In this document: positions 51,201 to 64,000 of the stretch, piece by piece
How positions within the stretch are numbered: the stretch's first letter is position 1
Layout of the letters: each line of letters starts with the position of its first letter
From: Balanoglossus misakiensis
Taxonomy: Eukaryota; Animalia; Hemichordata
NCBI GenBank assembly: GCA_040954595.2
Contig: CM082577.2
Coordinates: 16,623,903-16,687,902 of the forward strand
Direction: 5' to 3'
DNA: 64,000 nt
Notes under the pieces: generated by a model
Told to the model about the DNA's origin: nothing
Database searches by the model: none
What the model saw: only the letters and a program-made list of their open reading frames with translations
Program-made: the position numbers and the translations under genes

Positions 51201-53760
51201 TTTTTCTTAATTGCTTCATAAAGGAGATTGTGAGGTTCTCTGTCAGACCTCCAGCATAAGTATGCCTATGTATCATGCCCCTCGACTTGGCAAATTCATA
51301 TCGGTACCAGTAAGCATTCACTTCAAACACTTTTGCCATCACATTTTTGAAATATGATTTTGTCCGTAGATCAAAATAGTGAGCAATGATATGGCTGTTT
51401 TTCTGGACAGCATTAAATAATTCACTCTTGTTGTCGAAGTTTATTTCACACCCTGAGGTTTCCTTCATGTACAAACTCAGCAATCTTCTCAATGGCTTAA
51501 AGAAAAAACTCTGCACAGCTTCCAGTTGTAAAAAACGATGGAAGACCTTTGCATTCATTGATTTGAAACTGAATGAGAGATCGCAGTTCTTGAGAGCGCT
51601 GTGTCCAGTATTGTGAAGATCCACGTAAACAAGCACCAAAGTAAAGAATTTTGTTGCCAACACTCCTGTGTTGTTCTTCTACCATTCTCATTAAGTCTTC
51701 AATGGACAAATGGGGATCTCCTAGTTGTTGTTTTACTATACAAGAACTTTGTTCTAAGGTACGTTTTCTCATTATGATATTGTGGACAATGAACTTGAAG
51801 AAGTGGTGGTGAGCAAATCTTCCATCTTTATACCATAGAAGATGTTCTGCCCACTGTGCCATTGAGGTGCAAGTATATGGTCGATTTATATTGTAGTCCC
51901 CCATTCCATATGGAAATAAACAAGGAAATGCAAGTGTGAAGAAGTAGTTCGTTGTAAACTCAGAGATTGGTTTATCACATCTTGTTGGCCAGGGAATTGT
52001 AATTATTTTACGTCTGCATGTGACATCACCATGACTTGGTCCAACAACCTCTTCCACAACATTTTCAACTTCTTGTCGAATATCCAAAGGTGGCTCAGGC
52101 AATATTACACTGGATGATGTTTTCCCATCTTTGGCAATCACACCTGGATTTAATTGTTCAAATGCTGGTCCCTTGTCATCGTTATGTTTGGTTTCTGGAT
52201 TGAACTCAACTGTTCTTACATCAGGTTCTCCATTTTTCGGTAATTGATTTAATCTTTCTTGGCTAATTATGATGTCTTCATGTGCTGGATTGTTGTCTTT
52301 TAACCAAATAAGTGCTGTTTGAACTCTTGTTCTCTGAATATTGAATTCTTTGCTTGTGTCATTTTTGCCCAACTTTCTTACTCTAATGACGTTGATTTCT
52401 TTTGGCAGCTTTGGCAGTATTTGAGCAGGTTCATTTACCCGTTGTGGAAAAGTCACACGGTGGCCATTAGCAGCAATACCTCCATGCCCAAGTAAATGAA
52501 CAGTAGGAGCAATTCTACAAATTAGTTGTTGTTCAACAATTAGATTTCTCAGTGCCTCAGGGACTTCACCAGGGTCCATATTGTTTTCCTTAGAAAACAT
52601 TTGAATTCTGTTCTTTTCTTTTGAACAACGTTGACAAATACCATTTTGACCCATTTTCATTTCTAAACGCACCTCTTGGCATACTAGACAAAAGTGAAAA
52701 TGGTATGACATTTGTTCTTTTTCAAATGTTTGGATACCATCCAAGGCCATCTTCACGTTTGATCTGATTGTTGATGTACATCCTGGTGGAGGCTATTTGT
52801 GGAACATGTTATTTCGTCATTTCTTGTTTTTTTGTGTCTCTCTTCAGGTATTTCATCACCATCATCTCTTGTCTGCTGTGTTGTCAACTGCTTCTTTTTT
52901 CTTGTACGATGTGAACTGTTATGTCTTCTTTTTGTGTTGTGTTTTGAAGGTGTAGACACATTTCCACCCTTTGCCTTGCATCTTTCTTCGGGTATTTCAT
53001 CAGCATCATCTCTTGTCTGCTTCTCTTTTCTTGTACGCAATGAACTGTTGTCCTTTTGTTTTTTTGTTTTTTGAAGGCGTAGATGTATTTTCCCTCAAGG
53101 TTTTAGTCCACACTAGCACCTGAAAATGATTTCTGTTCAACAGCAGATAAATATGACGTCCACTGTCTTCTACCATATTAAAACTCTCTTTTGTATATGT
53201 ATCCATCATGCAGCCTGTTTCCGAGTCATGTCTGTTGCCTTTAAGCCAAATTGTTATCGTACATTTAAAAAATACTGCTGCAGCTCTTACTTCACAAGTT
53301 GTTGTCCATGCCTTTCTGGTTAGCATTTCTAACCAATAGTCTTCTTTGGTTTTCGTTCGTAAATCATGGCAAATGAACACAAGTTCTTTCCAACCATCCC
53401 AGTTATGATAAATAAACTTGCAAATGCGTTGTCTAATATATGAGGTTTTGGAGAGGTCCCCATTAAAACATAGACTTAAGCAATGAAAAAACAGTCTCCA
53501 TCACCAGGAACATTTAGACATTAGAATTGGTGGTCGTCAATAGTTACTGTGCCCTCTCCAGTGAGACAAGACAAATCTGCTAAATTTACAGATGAAAGAT
53601 CCACTCTACCTGTACCTAATTTAGATTGTTTAGCTTTTTGTGGTAGTGTACAATATGTTTGATCTCCACAGTCAAAAGTACTTGTAGGCTTTGTATATGT
53701 GTGATCCATTTTAGGCTTTGCATATGTGTGATCCATTTCGGTGTTTTTTGGTTTCTTCAC
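48282..53760 (-). mobile_element. Helitron (Helitron2/Helentron-like) coding region: OTU protease - DUF6570-like - HUH Rep - PIF1 helicase, frameshifted
   Basis: VPGDGDCFF..H (OTU, ~53006-53515); LAFPCLFPYG, DGRFAHH, LRGSSQYW, GLPSFFTTGSCAE, YWYRYEFAKSRGMIH (Rep); KYVSGYACKG, RDVSAVEA; AGAAGSGKS, IDE, LGDDIQLPPV, RQ, GWGSTIHRCQGLT, YVALSRA (PIF1). Termini not identified. Confidence 0.88.
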
Positions 53761-54891
53761 ATAAATCAGCCTGTGGTGAAATGAAGAAACATACCAACAG
53801 TCAAGTTAACATTTTGTTTTTCATGTCAATTAAAACCAGCATTAGTTATTTGAAAAGCTTGATTGCTATAATGTTTTTTCCTGTTTTTGAGGATTTTAAT
53901 TTCCAAAAGATATGAACAATGAATAATTATGAAACATTTATTCTAAGCTTACAGGCGATCACTTCCCATTTCATATATTTTAGAAACTGCTTTTGTTTCA
54001 AAGCAAGGTTTTATCAATTTCTATATCTGTAGAATAAGAAATTTAAAATATGTATATTCTTATGTGTGTATGATTTCAGATAAAAAAAGGTAAATTATGT
54101 GAGTATGGGACTGGCACATATAATCAAATACATTGTAAATGGTTTACATGCTTACCTTGAATGTACACTATATACATTTAGTCAGTCAGCGATCATAAAA
54201 TATTTACTCCATCTCCCCCTACTGGTACAGTTATTTCAGTTAAACCCTGACCAAAACAACACAAAGCTGTATTGTTTTTGCTGGTAAAGGGATATTAAAA
54301 AGGATAGACCTGTAGTTCAAAATCGGTAGCGACCTCTATATACCATACGCGTACAGTACTTGCAACAACCAAAATAAACAAAAGCAGTACAAAAAATGAC
54401 CAGAAATGGTGCATACGGAGTGAAAACAGCTCTGGCTTCAAAAGAGTATTGCAAATGCTGCAATGTAAACGAATATCGTCAATACAGATAATGTTCACAC
54501 CTTTTCTGTGTTTTTTTTTAAATGCATAACGATGAATCTGAAAATTACGGAGATGTTATGAGCAGACGATAATTTTCGATCGCGCGCGACCTCAAGTTTT
54601 TATGTTGCAACGTTGGTGGCGTACTGTAATTCGCGCGCGATTTGGCATATTTCCAAGCGTGATTTGCCGTGATGTGCAGCGCAATATGGCGCCGACCATC
54701 AGGCTCTCGAAAACGGTCCAGTAAGTGCCCAGAAACGCCACTAAATTTCATTTTCCAACTTAATTTTCCACCATCTTTGATGGTCTTGTGGTCGGTGTAC
54801 ATTTCTGAGTAGGATTTGCGATGAATAACGACATCGGTTTTACGCTATTAATATACAATCCCCACACAAAACATACATACATTAGGCCTTA

Positions 54892-55768
54892 CCTCAGTTG
54901 TCAAGTCCAGAGTTCCCACTATAGTACCATTTGGACTTCTACTACTCACAGTGTCAACACCAGCATCAAGCATGTCAGGAATATCAGAGTCAGAATCCGA
55001 TGGTAGACTGCTACAAGAGATCAAATGATCTCGAAGTTCCACAACTGGGAAATCCTGTTTGCATGCTTGACACGTTTCTTTTATATTTGATGTGAACTCT
55101 GTTATAACTGGTTTTGTGGACAGGTTTTTCTGTATCGGCCGAAGGTATATTTTCGGGTGCGACCCTAAGTGGCTCTTCAGTTGCTCGATAGACCGCGTAC
55201 ATTTAATGACAGTTAAATTCCGGCAATTACCAAGGCATTGAAGAATCTCGAAGCCCCCACAATTTTTCAACTGTGGGAATCCAGTATCGGCAGTTATTTT
55301 TTCCATCACTTCTGATTCATCATCGTCGACGAAAAATTGTATCTTTGTTGTTCCCAACCCAGCCTTTTGTAGTATTTGTCTTTCGGAGGGGGTTGGAACT
55401 TTGGTGGTCAAGTGGTCAGCAAGGCAGACACAGGTCATGCCAAAACTCCGCCGTTGAGACGTACGTTTTGATGCTGCTGACTGGAAACTCTGGCCCCGTT
55501 TCCTGTTACGTGAACTTCCTCCCCTTGAAAAGTTAAATAGGCTGTTTGTCTCTCTACTAAGTCTTTCAGCAGTACTTGTATCTGCATCTCGCCTATCGAA
55601 ATGCTGATGACACACACGACGAAGACGGGATCGGGCGCCAATTGTCTCAACACCAAGCTGCATCATTTCTCCATCAGTTAGTGCGTCGGCAATATCTGGC
55701 TCGATTCTCTCACTATTAAACCGGTAGATTAAGGTCACCAGCCCTCCCTCCCTTAAAGTAGTTTCCAT
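54892..55768 (-). CDS. First exon of a G2E3-like gene (SAM-like domain, central conserved region, UBZ-like Zn finger)
   Basis: Open ORF from ATG 55768; ALTDGEMMQLGVETIGARSRLRRVC (SAM-like), LQKAGLGTTKI..FPQLKNCGGFEIL..KIYLRPIQKNL, CQACKQDFPVVELRDHLISC; donor GAG|gtaag at ~54891. Confidence 0.65.
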
Positions 55769-55944
55769 GCTTATTTGAAAAAAACCTCCGGGATCTCTCC
55801 AACAACTTGAAAATCAATGCAATGCAGAACGTCGGAGAGATGGTTTGTTAATGTTCGCGGGAAAGTTCAATCACGTGGTTCAATCTACACGCGCACCCAT
55901 GCCCCAGTGGTGTGTGGGATTGTATGGAATAGTGCTGACAACGC

Positions 55945-56320
55945 AGAAAATGGGGTACGGCGCGAAAATGGGGTACGCAGCGTAAATGGGGTACTCCGCG
56001 GCGTAAATTGGGTAAGCGGCGTCGTCGTTGGCGTTGGCGATGTCAAAAATGGACTTAGTGATGTCAAAAATGGACTTGGCGATGTCAAAAATGGACTAAG
56101 CGATGTCAAAAATGGAGTAAGCGATGTCAAAAATGGAGTAAGCGATGTCAAAAATGGACTTGGCGATGTCAAAATAGACTTAGCGATGTCAAAAATGGAC
56201 TCAGCGATGTCAAAAATGGAGTAAGCGATGTCAATGATGGAGTAAGCGATGTCAAAAATGGACTAAGTGATGTCAAAAATGGAGTAAGCGATGTCAAAAA
56301 TGGAGTGAGCGATATCGAAA
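55945..56320. repeat. 21-bp minisatellite (gcgatgtcaaaaatggagtaa), likely transposon subterminal repeats
   Basis: About 13 units at 56036-56320, preceded by diverged aaaatggggtacg units. Confidence 0.9.
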
Positions 56321-56586
56321 TGCACATCACGTATTAATAATGCGCTACACATGACAGTAACGGCGTTCCAAGAGAGTAGAAAATACAACCAGAGATGTCA
56401 TAACTTGAGCAGGTTCCTGCGACACAGAGTAAGCTGAGCCTGGCACTCTAAGCGATTATACGTTGTGGGTTCAAAGGTCATGAAACTAAAAAAAAACTAT
56501 ACAGGCATGAAATACTTCACGTCGTCAGATCATGCCTGTCATGATCTGTCTTGATAGCACTAATATGTTAAACTAAACTAATTCCA

Positions 56587-57960
56587 CTACTTATGTTTTG
56601 ATTCCGAATACATGTTCATCTTGATGTATTGTTCGACCTCTGCCTTCTTGCAGATGAATTTGCCACGTATGTAATCTGTGGAGAGAAAAACCAGAAATAA
56701 AATTGGATTGTATTGCAAATTTTGTATTAAGTTTGACAGATATAGCTTCATACAATTTATGTCACAGTACATGTTCTGCATATGAAAAAAAGACTGCTGT
56801 TTCAACTCTTACAATACCTGATAAATTTCTAAGGCATCAATCCCTTCCTAAGAAAGTCAATGTATGGCATGGCAGGATCCTCACTCATCAACTGAGATAT
56901 GATGTCTTGGTTTATGAATCTTGATAATTTACCATTTTGTAGCATGCTCATGGCTAAAGTGGGAAAAAAATATTTCATAAAGATAAAATGAGTATGCCTA
57001 ATAATATGTCTAATATATCCAATATCATGCACACCGTATGATTAACAAATAAGAATTTGCACAGCAATATGACCAGTGGTTCAGAGAAGACCTTTTGGCA
57101 ATTGTTGTGAGACAACAGTTAATATGATCATCTGATAGCTTTGTAATGCTGAAAGCAGGGATTAAATGAATCTGACATAAAATGTGCCAATCAATGACAC
57201 AAGGAAATCAACTTTCTACCAAGAGATCATTCTTAAGTAAAACTTACCCATTATCTTGCCAAGAGTTTCATATTCTGTGGCTAGATGGTCCTTTAATCCT
57301 TCGTCGAAATATTTCTGCTTGATTTCTCTTAAAACTAGCGCAAAAAAACTCTTTTCTAGGACCGCCATAGTCTTCAGCTTGCTGCAAAATGAGTTATAAG
57401 TTAAACACTTGCCACATGAAATTATGAAATTCCCATTTTCTGTTAAATATCACGGCTAACAACCTAATTATAAACTGAATAATAATTGTTTGAAAAAATG
57501 AAAATATCAATTTAGGACTGGACAATACAAAACTAACAGGAATGCTCAGAGCCTGTCTATTCAGTTTAACTCCCTCCCCAACTGAACAACATAATACTCA
57601 GATTGTGCAACAATAAAACATGAGAAGTAGAATCTGAGTGTAATTACTGAACTATATATAAAGATAAATTTACTTACTTTATTGTAAAACTGAACCTCAA
57701 GAGTCAATCTGAGATCAACAATGCAGTTTATCTCATCAAAGGACGTTGTTAAGATTTGGTCTCTTTTGACAAGGATGAAATTTGTTGACCGATCTTCACT
57801 GACTTCGCTTTCATTTTCAACATCCATATTTTGGCCAGTGACCACTTTTTTGGTAGTAGCGCAGAACTTCTACTGGATCACCATTATGTCTACTGAAATT
57901 GACAGTATCCTCAACAATTGCACCAATTATGCTTGAAGAATTCCGTGGGAGACATACTTC
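56587..57960 (-). pseudogene. HECT-domain N-lobe exons of a G2E3-like ubiquitin ligase (truncated)
   Basis: Exons ~57677-57960, 57246-57380 (AEDYGGPRKEFF..YETLGKIM) and 56817-56955 (SMLQNGK..); no C-lobe or catalytic Cys exon seen. Confidence 0.65.
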
Positions 57961-60900
57961 TTGCTAATTGGAACAAGGTAACAAAGGGAAAAATAAAGTG
58001 AGATGTAAACATATTATATATGAACATTCCTAAATATTAAAGCATCACAATTACCCATGATACACCATCACTACAGATTATTTATCTGAACTCATAATAC
58101 ATCATTCTACCTGGTACTCCAAGGCCAAAATTTGACATGTGTTTCTGGTAAATATACTGACCCAAGAAAGTTTTTGGGGAAATGTTGACATTTTTAACTG
58201 AAATAGTCAGAACCATTCCCGTAATTTCCAGGAATAGCCAAGAACACATAACATTTATATTACTGATTCTGCATGTACTGGAATGTCACTTCATTCACTG
58301 TCACTTCATTTTCTGTCACTTCATGTGTTAAGTGGACAACTAGCTCATCTCTGAAAATACAAGCAAATAAGGTAATGAACAAGTCATTGTCGATGAGACA
58401 GTCTCGTAAGGTACTTGGTGAAAGTCAGAATAATGCACACTATATCAGCCATGACATATGGAACAAAGTCCATAACGTTGTTTACAATTGTCAATCTGAC
58501 AATAAATTAGGGTGACATAAGGTAACTAAAGGGACATAGTCTCTCTCGCTGCCCCTTTTTCATTAATTATGTTTGATACAAGACACCATTTATGTTATTC
58601 TACATGTGGATATATAGTGCATCAACATTCAACCACACACAACTTCCATCCCACTTGTAGACACGAGAGTTACAAAAACTCACCAAAATGAATAATCAGT
58701 GTTTACCATTTATTCATTTTGGCGAGATTTTTACTCTCATATCCTACAAACGGGATGGAATTTGTGTGTGGTCAAACGTTGATTCACAATATATCCACTT
58801 GTAGAATAACATAAACGGTGTATTGTATCAAACATAATTAATGGAAAGGGGCAGCGAGAGAGAGACTTTGTCAATTTAAATGGATTGGTGGAAATAGTTC
58901 CAGTTGATGACGTAGAACAGGGGTGATATGGATTTTTGATCTGTCCTGGTATACGTCACACAGGTAGTGATATGGGCCAGATCATGTGATAAGTATACTT
59001 ACCCAACAGTATCACCAACTGGTTCTTCAGAACATCTCTCAAAGTGTTCCAGTATCAAATTGTATGGTATGTGTTCACTACAAATACGGCACTTTTTCGT
59101 AGGCACATTTTCAACATTCTGGGAACAAAATAAATATTAGATAAAATGAGTATGCCTAATAATATGTCTAATATATCCAATATCATGCACACCGTATGAT
59201 TAACAAATAAGAATTTGCACAGCAATATGACCAGTGGTTCAGAGAAGACCTTTTGGCAATTGTTGTGAGACAACAGTTAATATGATCATCTGATAGCTTT
59301 GTAATGCTGAAAGCAGGGATTAAATGAATCTGACATAAAATGTGCCAATCAATGACACAAGGAAATCAACTTTCTACCAAGAGATCATTCTTAAGTAAAA
59401 CTTACCCATTATCTTGCCAAGAGTTTCATATTCTGTGGCTAGATGGTCCTTTAATCCTTCGTCGAAATATTTCTGCTTGATTTCTCTTAAAACTAGCGCA
59501 AAAAAACTCTTTTCTAGGACCGCCATAGTCTTCAGCTTGCTGCAAAATGAGTTATAAGTTAAACACTTGCCACATGAAATTATGAAATTCCCATTTTCTG
59601 TTAAATATCACGGCTAACAACCTAGTTATAAACTGAATAATAATTGTTTGAAAAAATGAAAATATCAATTTAGGACTGGACAATACAAAACTAACAGGAA
59701 TGCTCAGAGCCTGTCTATTCAGTTTAACTCCCTCCCCAACTGAACAACATAATACTCAGATTGTGCAACAATAAAACATGAGAAGTAGAATCTGAGTGTA
59801 ATTACTGAACTATATATAAAGATAAATTTACTTACTTTATTGTAAAACTGAACCTCAAGAGTCAATCTGAGATCAACAATGCAGTTTATCTCATCAAAGG
59901 ACGTTGTTAAGATTTGGTCTCTTTTGACAAGGATGAAATTTGTTGACCGATCTTCACTGACTTCGCTTTCATTTTCAACATCCATATTTTGGCCAGTGAC
60001 CACTTTTTTGGTAGTAGCGCAGAACTTCTACTGGATCACCATTATGTCTACTGAAATTGACAGTATCCTCAACAATTGCACCAATTATGCTTGAAGAATT
60101 CCGTGGGAGACATACTTCTTGCTAATTGGAACAAGGTAACAAAGGGAAAAATAAAGTGAGATGTAAACATATTATATATGAACATTCCTAAATATTAAAG
60201 CATCACAATTACCCATGATACACCATCACTACAGATTATTTATCTGAACTCATAATACATCATTCTACCTGGTACTCCAAGGCCAAAATTTGACATGTGT
60301 TTCTGGTAAATATACTGACCCAAGAAAGTTTTTGGGGAAATGTTGACATTTTTAACTGAAATAGTCAGAACCATTCCCGTAATTTCCAGGAATAGCCAAG
60401 AACACATAACATTTATATTACTGATTCTGCATGTACTGGAATGTCACTTCATTCACTGTCACTTCATTTTCTGTCACTTCATGTGTTAAGTGGACAACTA
60501 GCTCATCTCTGAAAATACAAGCAAATAAGGTAATGAACAAGTCATTGTCGATGAGACAGTCTCGTAAGGTACTTGGTGAAAGTCAGAATAATGCACACTA
60601 TATCAGCCATGACATATGGAACAAAGTCCATAACGTTGTTTACAATTGTCAATCTGACAATAAATTAGGGTGACATAAGGTAACTAAAGGGACATAGTCT
60701 CTCTCGCTGCCCCTTTTTCATTAATTATGTTTGATACAAGACACCATTTATGTTATTCTACATGTGGATATATAGTGCATCAACATTCAACCACACACAA
60801 CTTCCATCCCACTTGTAGACACGAGAGTTACAAAAACTCACCAAAATGAATAATCAGTGTTTACCATTTATTCATTTTGGCGAGATTTTTACTCTCATAT

Positions 60901-63453
60901 CCTACAAACGGGATGGAATTTGTGTGTGGTCAAACGTTGATTCACAATATATCCACTTGTAGAATAACATAAACGGTGTATTGTATCAAACATAATTAAT
61001 GGAAAGGGGCAGCGAGAGAGAGACTTTGTCAATTTAAATGGATTGGTGGAAATAGTTCCAGTTGATGACGTAGAACAGGGGTGATATGGATTTTTGATCT
61101 GTCCTGGTATACGTCACACAGGTAGTGATATGGGCCAGATCATGTGATAAGTATACTTACCCAACAGTATCACCAACTGGTTCTTCAGAACATCTCTCAA
61201 AGTGTTCCAGTATCAAATTGTATGGTATGTGTTCACTACAAATACGGCACTTTTTCGTAGGCACATTTTCAACATTCTGGGAACAAAATAAATATTAGAT
61301 AAAATGAGTATGCCTAATAATATGTCTAATATATCCAATATCATGCACACCGTATGATTAACAAATAAGAATTTGCACAGCAATATGACCAGTGGTTCAG
61401 AGAAGACCTTTTGGCAATTGTTGTGAGACAACAGTTAATATGATCATCTGATAGCTTTGTAATGCTGAAAGCAGGGATTAAATGAATCTGACATAAAATG
61501 TGCCAATCAATGACACAAGGAAATCAACTTTCTACCAAGAGATCATTCTTAAGTAAAACTTACCCATTATCTTGCCAAGAGTTTCATATTCTGTGGCTAG
61601 ATGGTCCTTTAATCCTTCGTCGAAATATTTCTGCTTGATTTCTCTTAAAACTAGCGCAAAAAAACTCTTTTCTAGGACCGCCATAGTCTTCAGCTTGCTG
61701 CAAAATGAGTTATAAGTTAAACACTTGCCACATGAAATTATGAAATTCCCATTTTCTGTTAAATATCACGGCTAACAACCTAATTATAAACTGAATAATA
61801 ATTGTTTGAAAAAATGAAAATATCAATTTAGGACTGGACAATACAAAACTAACAGGAATGCTCAGAGCCTGTCTATTCAGTTTAACTCCCTCCCCAACTG
61901 AACAACATAATACTCAGATTGTGCAACAATAAAACATGAGAAGTAGAATCTGAGTGTAATTACTGAACTATATATAAAGATAAATTTACTTACTTTATTG
62001 TAAAACTGAACCTCAAGAGTCAATCTGAGATCAACAATGCAGTTTATCTTATCAAAGGACGTTGTTAAGATTTGGTCTCTTTTGACAAGGATGAAATTTG
62101 TTGACCGATCTTCACTGACTTTGCTTTCATTTTCAACATCCATATTTTGGCCAGTGACCACTTTTTTGGTAGTAGCGCAGAACTTCTACTGGATCACCAT
62201 TATGTCTACTGAAATTGACAGTATCCTCAACAATTGCACCAATTATGCTTGAAGAATTCCGTGGGAGACATACTTCTTGCTAATTGGAACAAGGTAACAA
62301 AGGGAAAAATAAAGTGAGATGTAAACATATTATATATGAACATTCCTAAATATTAAAGCATCACAATTACCCATGATACACCATCACTACAGATTATTTA
62401 TCTGAACTCATAATACATCATTCTACCTGGTACTCCAAGGCCAAAATTTGACATGTGTTTCTGGTAAATATACTGACCCAAGAAAGTTTTTGGGGAAATG
62501 TTGACATTTTTAACTGAAATAGTCAGAACCATTCCCGTAATTTCCAGGAATAGCCAAGAACACATAACATTTATATTACTGATTCTGCATGTACTGGAAT
62601 GTCACTTCATTCACTGTCACTTCATTTTCTGTCACTTCATGTATTACGTGGACAACTAGCTCATCTCTGAAAATACAAGCAAATAAGGTAATGAACAAGT
62701 CATTGTCGATGAGACAGTCTCGTAAGGTACTTGGTGAAAGTCAGAATAATGCACACTATATCAGCCATGACATATGGAACAAAGTCCATAACGTTGTTTA
62801 CAATTGTCAATCTGACAATAAATTAGGGTGACATAAGGTAACTAAAGGGACATAGTCTCTCTCGCTGCCCCTTTTTCATTAATTATGTTTGATACAAGAC
62901 ACCATTTATGTTATTCTACATGTGGATATATAGTGCATCAACATTCAACCACACACAACTTCCATCCCACTTGTAGACACGAGAGTTACAAAAACTCACC
63001 AAAATGAATAATCAGTGTTTACCATTTATTCATTTTGGCGAGATTTTTACTCTCATATCCTACAAACGGGATGGAATTTGTGTGTGGTCAAACGTTGATT
63101 CACAATATATCCACTTGTAGAATAACATAAACGGTGTATTGTATCAAACATAATTAATGGAAAGGGGCAGCGAGAGAGAGACTTTGTCAATTTAAATGGA
63201 TTGGTGGAAATAGTTCCAGTTGATGACGTAGAACAGGGGTGATATGGATTTTTGATCTGTCCTGGTATACGTCACACAGGTAGTGATATGGGCCAGATCA
63301 TGTGATAAGTATACTTACCCAACAGTATCACCAACTGGTTCTTCAGAACATCTCTCAAAGTGTTCCAGTATCAAATTGTATGGTATGTGTTCACTACAAA
63401 TACGGCACTTTTTCGTAGGCACATTTTCAACATTCTGGGAACAAAATAAATAT
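56982..63453 (-). repeat. Three near-identical 2158 bp tandem units, each with G2E3-like HECT exons and a MITE
   Basis: Matching ORFs recur at 57561/59719/61877 (period 2158). Exons encode KCRICSEHIPYNLILEHFERC, DPVEVLRYYQ..VVTG..TNFILVKRDQILTTSFDEI..LTLEVQF and AEDYGGPRKEFF. Confidence 0.93.
58530..58877. mobile_element. Kolobok-type palindromic MITE (also 60688-61035 and 62846-63193)
   Basis: taa|agggacatagtctctctcgctgcccc ... ggggcagcgagagagagactttgtcaat|ttaa; ~125 bp inverted arms. Confidence 0.8.
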
Positions 63454-64000
63454 GGTGACAAATCAATTTCAGAATACATACATGCATGCATAGCATTTGC
63501 TTTATTATACTAATAAACCTGTGACACCAAAATGTTCAGGTCTCTCTCTGTTTTTCATCTTGTCCAGGTTGTGGTTATTTACAGCAAAATGGTGATTTTT
63601 TATTTTATTTTTAGGAGATGTTGTCTGATTTTTTTTAGTTTGATTTCAAACATGCTAACTATAGCAAAGTAGTACATGTATCACAAAAAACCCACTATTA
63701 ACAAGATTGGCGTCAACTAAAACAGCAAACAGCAATGCATATTCATCACTCTTTTCAGATGATTGGGTGTCAAAAATTGTCACCTAATTTGCCCTGGTGC
63801 CATGGCCATGATGGCACCTCCCCTAACAATGACATAACATTCAGCGTTTCATTCATGATGCCATCAAGAGGGGGGGGGGGGTATATCCATTACTTATATC
63901 CCGCCAAACATGCTAATTTTCAGCTGAGATTACCCTTGTCGGCCACCCATTTATTTACACGTATAACCTCTAATTATATAAACTTACCTCTATTAAGTCA

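Noticed and set aside
54668-54678. cgtgatgtgca as an inverted partner of the 56333 terminus
   Set aside because: Only 11 bp, with no matching terminal bases, subterminal repeats or TSD.
55817-56224. Coiled-coil-like ORF (DVKNGLS repeats) or CRISPR-like array
   Set aside because: Plain 21-bp minisatellite without unique spacers; eukaryotic context, no cas genes.

Overview
Repeat-rich genomic DNA from an animal, probably a marine invertebrate (spliceosomal introns, microsatellites, many transposon classes). The main discovery is a ~12.4 kb element (2703-15090) bounded by ~255 bp terminal inverted repeats. It carries two antisense, mutually interleaved spliced genes. The first (- strand) is a P-element/THAP9-type DDE transposase that has an RFX-like winged helix where THAP is expected and ends right after the catalytic Glu. 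The second (+ strand) is a PIF1-family helicase fused to what looks like the missing P-transposase C-terminal domain, an Asp-rich tract, a SAP-like helix and a PHD finger. This copy is decayed by frameshifts and an L2/CR1-type LINE insertion. The rest of the window holds: nested Helentron-type non-autonomous elements with ~240 bp satellites; an apparently intact 15-exon GMC oxidoreductase gene and a broken paralog whose catalytic-His exon is replaced by a 3.5 kb foldback element; BEL/Pao and other transposon relics; a YqaJ-exonuclease gene (ISL2EU/KolobokE-like); a young gag-only LTR element; a Penelope element with a minimal hammerhead ribozyme; a decayed OTU-Rep-PIF1 Helitron; and G2E3-like HECT ligase fragments, including a 3 x 2158 bp tandem triplication. 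All family assignments come from motif recognition by eye; no database searches were run.
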